Shown here one piece after another: positions 9,220 to 18,241 of a DNA stretch of 43,444 bases. Positions within the stretch are counted from its first letter, which is position 1. Every line of letters begins with the position of its first letter. The position numbers were made by a program, and so were the translations under genes. Source of the stretch: Vulcanimicrobiota bacterium (GTDB lineage Bacteria > Vulcanimicrobiota > Vulcanimicrobiia > Vulcanimicrobiales > Vulcanimicrobiaceae). The stretch spans positions 1-43,444 of the forward strand of contig JAFAMK010000023.1 of NCBI GenBank assembly GCA_019233415.1. The letters run 5' to 3'. The notes beneath the pieces were generated by a model, which saw only the letters and a program-made list of their open reading frames with translations, did no database searches and was not told the DNA's origin.

Positions 9220-10568
9220 CCGCCTCCGCCTGCGGCGGAACGCTCCGCCGCCTCGCCGCGGCTGCGGCGCTCGCAGGGGTCGCGGGATGCGCGCACCCGC
9301 CGGCACAAACGGGTTCGACCGGAACGAACGCGGGCGTGATCGGCTACGTGCACATGGACGAGCTGGTGCAGAAGCACCCGCTCTACGATCAGCTCGCGCG
9401 CTACGACCGTAGCATCCAGGCGTTCGACCTGAGCACGACGACGCCGCAGGTCGCCTCGCGCGATCCGCAGGTGCTCGCGCGCGAAAAAGAGCTCGAAAAA
9501 GAACTGAACGACGCGGCGAACCGCACGAAGGCGCTCCTCGACCAGAAGCAGCGCGAGTACCAGGACCAGGAAGCGGCGGCGATCGCCGCCGCGATGCGCG
9601 GTGCGGGCGCCGGCGGGCCGAGCGCCGCGCAGATCGCCGGAAACCTCAACGCGACCGCGCAGCAGCAGGAAGCCGGCGTCGCGACCCAGGCGCAGCACGA
9701 TCTCGACGCCTACCGCAAGACGCTGGCGAAGCAGCAGAACGCGCAGATCGCGGCCGCGCAAAAAGCGCTCGCCGAACGCGCCGACCGCACGTACCGCGCC
9801 CGGGCCGACGAGCTGCAGTCGAAGGAGTCGGCGCTCTCGCTGCGCCTCGCCAGCGACGACGCCGCGCAGCGGCTCGCGCTGCGCACGCGGCTTTCGTCGC
9901 TGGCGCTGGACGATACGGCGCGCGACGACGTGCAGAAGCAGCTCGCCGCGCTCGACCGCAAAGAAGCCGACGCGGTCGCCGCGCAGCGCAACCGCGACCA
10001 GCAGTCCCTCGCGGCGCTGCAATCGCAGCTGCACGACGAGGTGCAGCACGAGCTGAACGCGCAGGTCGCGGCGATTCAGAAGCGGTCGCTGGGGTCGCTC
10101 GCGCAGCGCCAGCAGACGCTCTCGAAGCAGGTCGCGACGGTCGGTGGCCCGGTGGTGCAGACGACGACCGCCGGCGGCAAGATGCAGCAGCAGATCAACC
10201 CGAATCTGCCGCCCGCCCTGCGCGCGCGGATCGAGCAGCTCCACAGCGACTACCAGAAGCGGTTCCAGGACGACGCGAAGACGACGATCGCCGACTTCCA
10301 GAAGACGCGCGCCGACCTCTCGCGCCGCTACCAGGAACTGCACGGCGTGAACCTCGCCGCCGACCAGGACGCGCAAGCCCAGATCGCCTCGCTCCACAAG
10401 AAGCGCGACGACCTGTACGACCAGATCGTCGCGCAGATCGACCGCGAAGTCCGCCTCATCGCGCAGCAGCGCGGGATCTCCATCGTCGTCAACAACGTCG
10501 CCGCGCCAGCCGGCGGCGTCGACCTCACCCCCGACGCCCTCAAGGACATCGAAAGCCTCCACGAATGA
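9216..10568 (+). CDS. Elongated coiled-coil Skp/OmpH-like lipoprotein
   Basis: Lipobox VAGC, N-terminal IGYVHMDEL, a long Q/A/K/E-rich coiled coil and C-terminal GGVDLT. Confidence 0.65.
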   Translation: MTASACGGTLRRLAAAAALAGVAGCAHPPAQTGSTGTNAGVIGYVHMDELVQKHPLYDQLARYDRSIQAFDLSTTTPQVASRDPQVLAREKELEKELNDAANRTKALLDQKQREYQDQEAAAIAAAMRGAGAGGPSAAQIAGNLNATAQQQEAGVATQAQHDLDAYRKTLAKQQNAQIAAAQKALAERADRTYRARADELQSKESALSLRLASDDAAQRLALRTRLSSLALDDTARDDVQKQLAALDRKEADAVAAQRNRDQQSLAALQSQLHDEVQHELNAQVAAIQKRSLGSLAQRQQTLSKQVATVGGPVVQTTTAGGKMQQQINPNLPPALRARIEQLHSDYQKRFQDDAKTTIADFQKTRADLSRRYQELHGVNLAADQDAQAQIASLHKKRDDLYDQIVAQIDREVRLIAQQRGISIVVNNVAAPAGGVDLTPDALKDIESLHE

Positions 10569-10975
10569 CGACCATCCATCGCGTGCTTGCCGCCACGACG
10601 CTGCTGGCTTCGCTCTGCGCCTGCTCCACCGCACCGCAGTCGAGCATCGGCCTCATCGACACCAATCGCATCTCGTCGAACTGGCCGAAGTTCCAGAACT
10701 ACGAGAACCAGCTCTCCGCCGATGCGCAGGCGATCGACCGTTCCACGAAGTCGCCGCGTGAGAAGGACGCCGCGCACGCGGCGCTGCAGCGCCGCTTCCA
10801 AGAGGCGCAGGCGGAGCTGAGCAACGACGTCAGCACGGCCGCGAAGCAGGTCGCCGCCGACAAGCACCTGACGTACATCTTCACCCGCCAGTACGTCGGC
10901 TACGGCGGCGTCGACATCACCGCCGACGTCGAGAAGATCCTCCAGATCCAAGAGAAGCCGAGCCCAACCCCGTGA
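10565..10975 (+). CDS. Short Skp/OmpH-like lipoprotein
   Basis: Lipobox-like LCAC, IGLIDTNRI and YGGVDITADV. Confidence 0.7.
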   Translation: MTTIHRVLAATTLLASLCACSTAPQSSIGLIDTNRISSNWPKFQNYENQLSADAQAIDRSTKSPREKDAAHAALQRRFQEAQAELSNDVSTAAKQVAADKHLTYIFTRQYVGYGGVDITADVEKILQIQEKPSPTP

Positions 10976-12006
10976 GCCTGAACCCGCTGGGCACGCTGGG
11001 AGAACTCGCCCAGCGGACCGGCGGCCGCGTCATCGGCGATCCGGCGACCGTCATCGAGCGGATCACCGCGGTCGACGACGCCGATGCGACGACGCTGACC
11101 TTCGCAGTCGACGAACGCTATCTGCGCGCCGCGCTCGGCTCGCGCGCCGCGGCCGTGTTGACCGACGAGGCGCTCGTCGCCGACGGCGAGCCGCTCGCGA
11201 AGCCCGTGCTGACCGTGCCGTCCGCGCGCATTGCGCTCGCGGCGCTGCTCGCGTCGCTCGAACCGCCGCGGCCGCAGGGACCGTTCGTGCACCCGACCGC
11301 GGCCGTCGACCCGACGGCGCAGATCGGTAACGGCGTCTGGATCGGCCCGCACGTCGCGGTCGGCGCGCGGTCGCGCGTCGGCGACCGCTCGGTGCTCGCG
11401 GCCGGGGTCGTCATCGGGAACGACGCGGCGGTCGGTGCCGACTGCCACGTCCACCCGCGCGCGTACCTCGCCGACCGCTGCGCCATGGGCGACCGGGTCG
11501 TGCTCCAGGCCGGCGCCGTGATCGGGAGCGACGGGTTCGGCTGGGCGTTCCTCGACGGGCGGCTGGTGAAGATTCCGCAGGTCGGGACGGTCGAGCTCGG
11601 CGACGACGTCGAGATCGGCGCGAACACGTGCATCGACCGCGCGCAGACCGGCGTCACCTCGGTCGGGAACGGGACGAAGATCGACAACCTGTGCCAGATC
11701 GGGCACAACGCGCGCATCGGCAGCCACAGCGCGATTGCCGCGTTCGCCGGCCTCGCCGGGACGACGACGATCGGCGACTACGTGCGCGTCGCGGGCTCGG
11801 TCCTGTTCAAGGGCCACATCACGATCGGCGACCGCGTGACGATCGCCGGGGCCTCGCACATCTGGGGCGACGTCCCGGACGACGCGTTCGTGAGCGGGCG
11901 CCCGGCGCAGAACCACCGCGACGAGGTGCGGCTCCAGGCCTACCTCCGGCGGCTGCCGAAGCTGTTCGCTCGGGTCGACGCGCTTGAAAAGCAAGACCCC
12001 GACTGA
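10972..12006 (+). CDS. lpxD: UDP-3-O-(3-hydroxyacyl)glucosamine N-acyltransferase
   Basis: Hexapeptide repeats with IGSDGFG, EIGANTCIDR and TKIDNLCQIGHN. Confidence 0.95.
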   Translation: MSLNPLGTLGELAQRTGGRVIGDPATVIERITAVDDADATTLTFAVDERYLRAALGSRAAAVLTDEALVADGEPLAKPVLTVPSARIALAALLASLEPPRPQGPFVHPTAAVDPTAQIGNGVWIGPHVAVGARSRVGDRSVLAAGVVIGNDAAVGADCHVHPRAYLADRCAMGDRVVLQAGAVIGSDGFGWAFLDGRLVKIPQVGTVELGDDVEIGANTCIDRAQTGVTSVGNGTKIDNLCQIGHNARIGSHSAIAAFAGLAGTTTIGDYVRVAGSVLFKGHITIGDRVTIAGASHIWGDVPDDAFVSGRPAQNHRDEVRLQAYLRRLPKLFARVDALEKQDPD

Positions 12007-12010
12007 ACTC

Positions 12011-12862
12011 GTGCAGTATCAAACGACATTGCGCGACGCGATCGCGTTCGAAGGCGCTGGGCTCCACACCGGCGCGGCCGCGCGGGTCCGCGTCCTCCCC
12101 GCCCCGGCCGGCCACGGCCTGCGCTTCCGCCTCGACGACGCGGTCGAGTTTCCCGCGCGCGCCGACTACGTCGTCGACACGGTGCGCGCGACGGTCCTCG
12201 GCTGCGGCGAGCACCGCGTCTCGACCGTCGAGCACCTGCTCTCGGCGCTGCTCGGCTGCGGCGTCGACAACGCGCTGATCGCGGTCGACGGTCCCGAGAT
12301 CCCGGTCAGAGACGGGAGCGCGAAGGAATTTGCCGATGCCATCGACGCGGTCGGGCTGGCCACGCTCCACGAAGCGCGCGTGCGCTGGATCCCGACCGAG
12401 GCGCGCGTCTTCCGCGACGGCGAGAAGTTGCTGGTCGTCGCGCCGGCGGCGTCGTTCCGCGTGCGCATGACGGTCGACTACCCGCAGCCGATCGGCGCGC
12501 AGTACGTCGAGGCCGAGATCACGCCCGAGGCCTATCGCACCGAGGTCGCGCCGAATCGCACCTTCGGGTTCCTGCACGAGGTCGAGGCGCTGATGAAGCG
12601 CGGGCTCGCGCAGGGCGGGACGCTCGAGAATGCGGTCGTGTTCGGTCCCGACGGACCGCTCGCGCCGCTGCGCTCGCCGCACGAGCCGGCGCGCCACAAG
12701 GTGCTCGACTTGGTCGGGGACTTCGCGCTGCTCGGCGCCTACCCGCAGTGCGAGGTCATCGCGATCAAGAGCGGGCACAAGCTCCACTGCACCGCGGTGC
12801 GCGAGCTCCGTCCCTTCGGCGACGGTGAAGCGGCGGCCGCGATTTCTTCCGCCAGCTCGTGA
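12011..12862 (+). CDS. lpxC: UDP-3-O-acyl-N-acetylglucosamine deacetylase
   Basis: QTTL, GAGLHTG, STVEHLLSAL, RHKVLDLVGD and SGHKLH. Start at GTG 12011. Confidence 0.95.
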   Translation: MQYQTTLRDAIAFEGAGLHTGAAARVRVLPAPAGHGLRFRLDDAVEFPARADYVVDTVRATVLGCGEHRVSTVEHLLSALLGCGVDNALIAVDGPEIPVRDGSAKEFADAIDAVGLATLHEARVRWIPTEARVFRDGEKLLVVAPAASFRVRMTVDYPQPIGAQYVEAEITPEAYRTEVAPNRTFGFLHEVEALMKRGLAQGGTLENAVVFGPDGPLAPLRSPHEPARHKVLDLVGDFALLGAYPQCEVIAIKSGHKLHCTAVRELRPFGDGEAAAAISSASS

Positions 12863-12884
12863 GCGACCGAAGGTAGAGACGCGC

Positions 12885-13358
12885 GTGCAGACGCTCGACG
12901 TGCGCGAGATCATGAAGATCTTGCCGCACCGTTACCCGATGCTGCTGATCGACCGCATCACGGAACTCGTGCCGATGGTGCGCGCGCGCGGCTACAAGAA
13001 CGTCACCGCGAACGAGCAGATGCTGGTCGGGCACTTCCCGGGGAACCCGCTCTTTCCGGGCGTCTACATGATCGAAGCGCTCGCGCAGCTCGGCGGCACG
13101 ACGATCATCGAGCCCGGCGAGATGGCGCGCAAGGTGCCGTACCTGGCGGCGATCGACAAGGCGAAGTTCCGCCGTCCCGTCATTCCGGGCGACCGGCTCG
13201 ACATGGAGGCGCGCGTCCTCAAGACGAAGCTGAACATCGGCTGGGTCGCGGTCGACGCGAGCGTCGACGGCAAGCCGGTCGTCAGCGCCGAGCTGACCTT
13301 CTCGGTCGCCAGCGACCCGTCGGCGTTCGCCTACGACGCCACGGTGCTGCACCTGTGA
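12885..13358 (+). CDS. fabZ: 3-hydroxyacyl-ACP dehydratase
   Basis: LPHRYPMLLIDRI, GHFPGNPLFPGV.MIEALAQ and KFRRPVIPGD. Start at GTG 12885. Confidence 0.95.
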   Translation: MQTLDVREIMKILPHRYPMLLIDRITELVPMVRARGYKNVTANEQMLVGHFPGNPLFPGVYMIEALAQLGGTTIIEPGEMARKVPYLAAIDKAKFRRPVIPGDRLDMEARVLKTKLNIGWVAVDASVDGKPVVSAELTFSVASDPSAFAYDATVLHL

Positions 13359-14128
13359 TCCACCCGAGCGCGATCGTCCACCCGAACGCGAGCATCGCCA
13401 AGAACGTCGACATCGGACCGTACTGCGTCGTCGGCGAGCACGTGACGATCGGCGCGCGCGCGACGCTGCTCGCGCACGTCGTCATCACGGGGCGCACGAC
13501 GATCGGCGAGGACGCGGTGATCCATCCGTTCTGCTCGATCGGCGCGCCCTCGCAGGACCGCAAGGCGGAAGAGGGTGAGCTGGCCTACACGACGATCGGC
13601 GCACGCACGGTGATCCGCGAGTACGTCTCGATCCACCGCGGCAGCGCCGACGCCGGCGGCGTCACCTCGGTCGGCGACGACTGCCTGATCCTCGCGTACG
13701 GGCACATCGCGCACAACTGCCACGTCGGCAACGGCGTGACGATGTCGAACCTCGCGCAGCTCGCCGGCCACGTCGTCGTCGAAGACAACGCGCTGGTCGG
13801 TGCGATGGCGGGCGTACACCAGTTCGTGCGGATCGGCCAGTACGCGTTCGTCGGCGGCTACACGAAGCTCGGCCGCGACCTGCCGCCGTATCTCCTGGCC
13901 GACGGCAATCCCGCGGAAGTCTACGGGCTCAACAGCGTCGGCCTGCGCCGTGCCGGCTTCTCGCGCGAGGCGCTGGTCGAGCTGAAGGACGCGTACAAGA
14001 CGATCTACCGCTCCGAGAAGAACGTCTCGCAGGCGGTCGAGGCGTTGCGCGGGACCGTCCAAACCGACGAAGGCCGCTCGCTGCTCGCCTTCTTGGAAGC
14101 CGAGTCGGAGCGGGGCATCCTGAAGTAA
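13355..14128 (+). CDS. lpxA: Acyl-ACP:UDP-N-acetylglucosamine O-acyltransferase
   Basis: MIHPSAIVHP, HIAHNC, QLAGHV, VHQFVRIG and GLNSVGLRR. Confidence 0.95.
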   Translation: MIHPSAIVHPNASIAKNVDIGPYCVVGEHVTIGARATLLAHVVITGRTTIGEDAVIHPFCSIGAPSQDRKAEEGELAYTTIGARTVIREYVSIHRGSADAGGVTSVGDDCLILAYGHIAHNCHVGNGVTMSNLAQLAGHVVVEDNALVGAMAGVHQFVRIGQYAFVGGYTKLGRDLPPYLLADGNPAEVYGLNSVGLRRAGFSREALVELKDAYKTIYRSEKNVSQAVEALRGTVQTDEGRSLLAFLEAESERGILK

Positions 14129-14139
14129 TCACATCACCC

Positions 14140-15246
14140 ATGCGCGTCTTTTTCTCGACGGGCGAGGCATCGGGTGAGCTGCTCGCGTCGGACTTGTTGG
14201 GTGCGATGCGCGAACGCGTGCCGGTCGACGCCGAAGGGATCGGCGACGCGCGGCTGGAGCACGCCGGCGTGCGGATCGTGCAGCGCACGCGCGGCTGGGC
14301 GTCGCTCGGGATCGTCGACGCGCTGCGCAAAGTTCCGCGGCTGTGGACGGTCATGGCGCGCACCGCGCTGCGGCTGCGGCGCGCGCCGCCGGACCTCGTC
14401 GTGCTGGTCGACTTCGGCGCGTTCAACCTGCGCTTGGCGCGCACGCTGCGATTGCTCGGCTTTCCGAAGCCGATCGTCTACTACGCGCCGCCGTCGGCGT
14501 GGCTCGACAGCGTCAAGCGCGCGCGGCTCGTCGCCGCGGCGTGCGACGCGCTGACGATCTTCCGGCACCAGGCCGAGTTCTACCGCTCGCGCGGGCTCCC
14601 CATCGGCTACGTCGGGCACCCGCTCGTCTCGACGATCGCGCCGCGCGCGCCGCGCGCCGCGCCGCCGCCGGACGGCGGGCTCGTCGCGCTGCTCCCCGGC
14701 AGCCGTCACGGCGAGATCGAGCGGCACACGCCGCGGCTGCTCGACGCGCTCGCGCGCGTGCGCGAGGTGCGCCCGAACGTGCGCGCGCAGTTCGTCGCGA
14801 TCGACAACGACGCGCAGGCGCACATCGAGCACCTGCTCTCGTTCCGCTCGCCGCTTCCGGTCGCGATCGTGCGCGACGCGCGCGCGGCGCTGCGCGACGC
14901 CGACGCGGCCATGGTCGCGTCGGGCACCGCAGTTCTCGAAGCGGCGCTGCTCGAAACGCCTGCGGTCGCGCTGTACGTGTTGTCCGACGCGCAGGCGCGC
15001 ATCGCGCGCCGCGTCTACCACGGCACGTACGTCACGCTGCCGAACCTCGTGCTCGACGAACCGCTCGTCCCCGAATTGCTGCAGGAAGCGGCGACGCCCG
15101 CCGCGCTCGCGGAGGCGGTTCTCGCGCTGCTCGACGACCCCGCGCGCCAGCGCGAAGGCTATGCGCGGATGCGTGCCGCGCTCGGCCCGCCCGACGCGCT
15201 GCGCCGCAACGCCGACTGGGTGCTCGCCGCGGCGGGGCGCGCGTAG
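14140..15246 (+). CDS. lpxB: Lipid-A-disaccharide synthase
   Basis: GEASGE, LVDFGAFN, YVGHPL, LLPGSR..EI, ASGTAVLE, LPNL and VPELLQ. Confidence 0.92.
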   Translation: MRVFFSTGEASGELLASDLLGAMRERVPVDAEGIGDARLEHAGVRIVQRTRGWASLGIVDALRKVPRLWTVMARTALRLRRAPPDLVVLVDFGAFNLRLARTLRLLGFPKPIVYYAPPSAWLDSVKRARLVAAACDALTIFRHQAEFYRSRGLPIGYVGHPLVSTIAPRAPRAAPPPDGGLVALLPGSRHGEIERHTPRLLDALARVREVRPNVRAQFVAIDNDAQAHIEHLLSFRSPLPVAIVRDARAALRDADAAMVASGTAVLEAALLETPAVALYVLSDAQARIARRVYHGTYVTLPNLVLDEPLVPELLQEAATPAALAEAVLALLDDPARQREGYARMRAALGPPDALRRNADWVLAAAGRA

Positions 15247-15252
15247 CCTCCC

Positions 15253-15978
15253 GTGCGCATCTATCACACCAGCGATTTGCACGACCGGCGGCACGTCGCC
15301 GCGCCGATCAACGCGCTGCGCGCCGCGAAGCCGGGGCTGTACGTCGACTGCGGCGACAGCCTGCGCGGCTCGCAGACGGTGTTCCACCGCAGCGAGCCGA
15401 TCATCGCCGAGCTGGACGCCGCGCACGTCGACGTGCAGGCGATGGGGAACCGCGAGTTCCACTACCTGTTCGGCGCGCTGCGGTCGCGCGTCGCGCGCAT
15501 GCATCATCCGCTCGTGTGCGCGAACCTGCGCGACGCGAAGGGGCGTGCGCTCCCGTTCACCGCGGACGTCGTCCTTCGACGAGCTCAGGATGACGGGGAG
15601 TGGACGCTGCGGTTCTTCGGGCTGCTGGTCGTGCAGTATCCGGCCGGCTCGCCGTGGGAGCGCGTCTTCTCATGGCGGTTCGACGACCCGCTCGACGTCG
15701 CGGCGCGCATCGCCGACGACACGCCGCCCGGCACGACGCTGATCGCGCTCTCGCACCTCGGTTTGCGCCACGACCGTTTGCTCGCGCAGCGCGTTCCGCG
15801 GCTCGACCTCATCCTCGGCGGGCACAGCCACGACATGCTCGCCGCGCCGGAACTCGTCGGCGGCGTGCCGATCGTGCACGCCGGGCCGTACGGCGCCTAC
15901 GCGTCGCGCACCGACCTGGTGAAGGACGCGAACGGCCGCGCGCGGATCGCCGACTTCGCGCTCGAGCCGCTGCGATGA
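15253..15978 (+). CDS. Calcineurin-like metallophosphoesterase (stand-alone 5'-nucleotidase/UshA N-terminal-like domain); candidate UDP-diacylglucosamine hydrolase
   Basis: HTSDLH, VDCGD, GNREF, LSHLG and ILGGHSH. No signal peptide and no C-terminal substrate domain. Confidence 0.8.
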   Translation: MRIYHTSDLHDRRHVAAPINALRAAKPGLYVDCGDSLRGSQTVFHRSEPIIAELDAAHVDVQAMGNREFHYLFGALRSRVARMHHPLVCANLRDAKGRALPFTADVVLRRAQDDGEWTLRFFGLLVVQYPAGSPWERVFSWRFDDPLDVAARIADDTPPGTTLIALSHLGLRHDRLLAQRVPRLDLILGGHSHDMLAAPELVGGVPIVHAGPYGAYASRTDLVKDANGRARIADFALEPLR

Positions 15979-17054
15979 GCGGCACGATCTTGTTCGTCAC
16001 CAACGGGCACGGCGAAGCGGCGATCGCGGCGCGCATCGCGCAGGAGACGCGCGCGCTCGGCGACCTGCGCACCGAGCACTTCGGGCTGGTCGGCGAACGG
16101 CTCGGCGGCGGCGACTTTCCCGACGTCGGGCCGCAGCGCGCGATGCCGTCGGGCGGGCTCGTTGCGATGGGAAACGTGCGCGCGTTCGCGCGTGACCTCG
16201 GCGCGGGATTTGTCGGCTTGTTCGTGCGGCAGGTGCGCTTTCTGCGCGGCGCGCGCGGGCGCTACGCGGCGGTCGTCGCGGTCGGCGACGCGTACGCGTG
16301 CGCGCTCGCACGCCTCGCCGGCCCGCCGCTCGCGTTCGTCGGCACGGCGAAGAGCGTCTACGTCGCGCCGTACGGCCCGGGCGAACGCCGCATCCTGCGC
16401 GGCGCGCGCCGCATCTTCGTGCGCGACGCGGCGACCGCCGCGGCGCTGCAGCGCCATGGCGTCGCCGCCGAGGCACCCGGCAACGTGATCGTCGACTTGC
16501 TCGCGAGCAATGCGCGCGTCGATTGGAACGCGCCGCTGCGGCTCGCGCTGTTGCCAGGCTCGCGCGAGCGCGCCTACGCGGACGCGCTGCGGCTGGCCCA
16601 GGTCGTCGCGCGCCTGCGCGCGCGTGGGCTCGCGCCCGACGCGGTGCTCTCGATCGCGCCGAACCTCGAGCCGGCGCGCTTCGCACCGGCCCTCGAACGC
16701 GGCGCGCTGCGCGCCTGGACCGGCCCGCTCGGCGCGCTCTTGCACGATGCGACGCTCGTCCTCGGCCAGAGCGGAACCGCCAACGAAGCCGCAGCGGCGG
16801 AAGGGCTCCCGGTCGTCGCGCTCGAGCTGGACGGCGCGCCGCGCGACGCCTGGTACCGCAAGCGGCAGATGGGCCTGCTCGGCGCGGCGCTCCAGATCGT
16901 GCCGGGCGATCCGGACCGCGCGGCGGACGCCGTCGCCGCGCTGCTCGGCGACCCCGCGCGGCGCGAACGGATGGGCGCGGTCGGTCGCGAGCGGATGGGG
17001 CCGCCGGGCGGCGCGCGGGCGATCGCGCAGGCCGTCGCGGGCCTCGCGGCATGA
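15975..17054 (+). CDS. Lipid-A-disaccharide-synthase-related GT-B glycosyltransferase (TIGR03492-like)
   Basis: ATG 15975 overlaps the previous stop (ATGA). Motifs LFVTNGHGE, MPSGG, VAVGD, FVGTAKS, LLPGSR and GTANE. Confidence 0.75.
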   Translation: MSGTILFVTNGHGEAAIAARIAQETRALGDLRTEHFGLVGERLGGGDFPDVGPQRAMPSGGLVAMGNVRAFARDLGAGFVGLFVRQVRFLRGARGRYAAVVAVGDAYACALARLAGPPLAFVGTAKSVYVAPYGPGERRILRGARRIFVRDAATAAALQRHGVAAEAPGNVIVDLLASNARVDWNAPLRLALLPGSRERAYADALRLAQVVARLRARGLAPDAVLSIAPNLEPARFAPALERGALRAWTGPLGALLHDATLVLGQSGTANEAAAAEGLPVVALELDGAPRDAWYRKRQMGLLGAALQIVPGDPDRAADAVAALLGDPARRERMGAVGRERMGPPGGARAIAQAVAGLAA

Positions 17055-18241
17055 GCCGGGTCTCGGCGACGGCGCTGGTCGTTCTGTTCGCGATCATCCC
17101 GCTCTACGGCACGTTCGGCGCGCTCGACCCGGATCGGCCGCCGATCCCGCCGCTCGTTCCGCAGGCCGTGACCGTCGCGATCGCGCTGGTCGCGCTCGCC
17201 GCGATGCTCGCCGTCGTCCCGGCGGCTTGGCGTGCCGCGCGGCGCGACACGCTGACCATCGCCCTCTTCGCCCCGAGCATCGCGATCGGGCTCGCCGGGC
17301 TCATCGGCTTCGATCCGCCGACCGGGCTCGGCCTCGCGCTGCTCGCGGCCGGCTTCGCCGCGGCCGGACTGGCTGTGGCGCGCGGGGCCGGCCCTGCGCT
17401 CGTCCGGCGCTGCGTGCGGGCGTTGCTCTGGTCGGCGCTGGTAGGGTCCCTGATCGCACTGGCGATGCTGGTCGCCCACCGACCGGCCGCGCTCTACGCC
17501 TACAACAACGGCCGGGCTGTCGGGACGTTCTTGAACCCGAACGAGCTGGCAGCGTTCGCGCTGGCCACGCTCGGCGTTGCGGCGCCGCTCGCCGCCGCGA
17601 GCCGCGGGCGAGACCGGCTCGCGACCGCATGCGCGGTCGTCCTGCTCATCACGCTATTCGCGACGTTCTCGCGCTGGGGCGTCTTCGCGGCGGTGTGCGG
17701 GGTCGTCGTCTACGCGCTCGCCGCCCGGGCGCGCGTGCTGCTGGTCGGCGCGGTCGCCGTCGCGGTGGCCGGGATCGCGCTGAACCAGGTCGCCGGCGCG
17801 CTGCACCACAACCCGCGCGACACCGAGGCCCGGGTGGTCGCCTGGCAGGCCGGGCTGACGACCTTCGAGCGGTTCCCGCTCACCGGGGTCGGGCCGTTCG
17901 CCTACGGCCGCACCTACGACGCGTTCCGCCCGCCCGACGGGCCGGGGCCGAAGACCCCGGTGGCCTTCGATCCGCACTCGCTGCCGATCGCCTACGCCGC
18001 CCACTCCGGCCTCGCGGCCCTCGCGAGCTTCGCGGTGCTCATCACGATCCTGGTGCGCGGGGCGCTGCGGAGTGCGCGCGGCGCCGCGCCGCGCAGCCGC
18101 GCCGTCGCGATCGGCCTCGCGGCGGGGCTGGTCGCGCTGCTCGTCGACGGCGCGATCAACACGATCAGCCTGGTCATTCCGCTCCTGATCCAGGTCGGGC
18201 CGCTCGCCCTTGCCGTAGTACGGACCGATGCGCTCGACTAA
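17051..18241 (+). CDS. O-antigen ligase / Wzy_C family polytopic membrane protein
   Basis: Many TM segments with RAVGTFLNPNELA, TFSR, R...W...P.TGVG and PHS. Start at ATG 17051 (ATGA overlap). Confidence 0.8.
   Translation: MSRVSATALVVLFAIIPLYGTFGALDPDRPPIPPLVPQAVTVAIALVALAAMLAVVPAAWRAARRDTLTIALFAPSIAIGLAGLIGFDPPTGLGLALLAAGFAAAGLAVARGAGPALVRRCVRALLWSALVGSLIALAMLVAHRPAALYAYNNGRAVGTFLNPNELAAFALATLGVAAPLAAASRGRDRLATACAVVLLITLFATFSRWGVFAAVCGVVVYALAARARVLLVGAVAVAVAGIALNQVAGALHHNPRDTEARVVAWQAGLTTFERFPLTGVGPFAYGRTYDAFRPPDGPGPKTPVAFDPHSLPIAYAAHSGLAALASFAVLITILVRGALRSARGAAPRSRAVAIGLAAGLVALLVDGAINTISLVIPLLIQVGPLALAVVRTDALD

Noticed and set aside
15600-17054. Extended ORF-track starts (15600, 16298, 7435, 25506, 33120, 34689, 22054) implying fusions or frameshifts
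   Set aside because: The extensions overlap intact upstream genes or leaders in other frames, and better starts with an RBS or a stop-start overlap exist.
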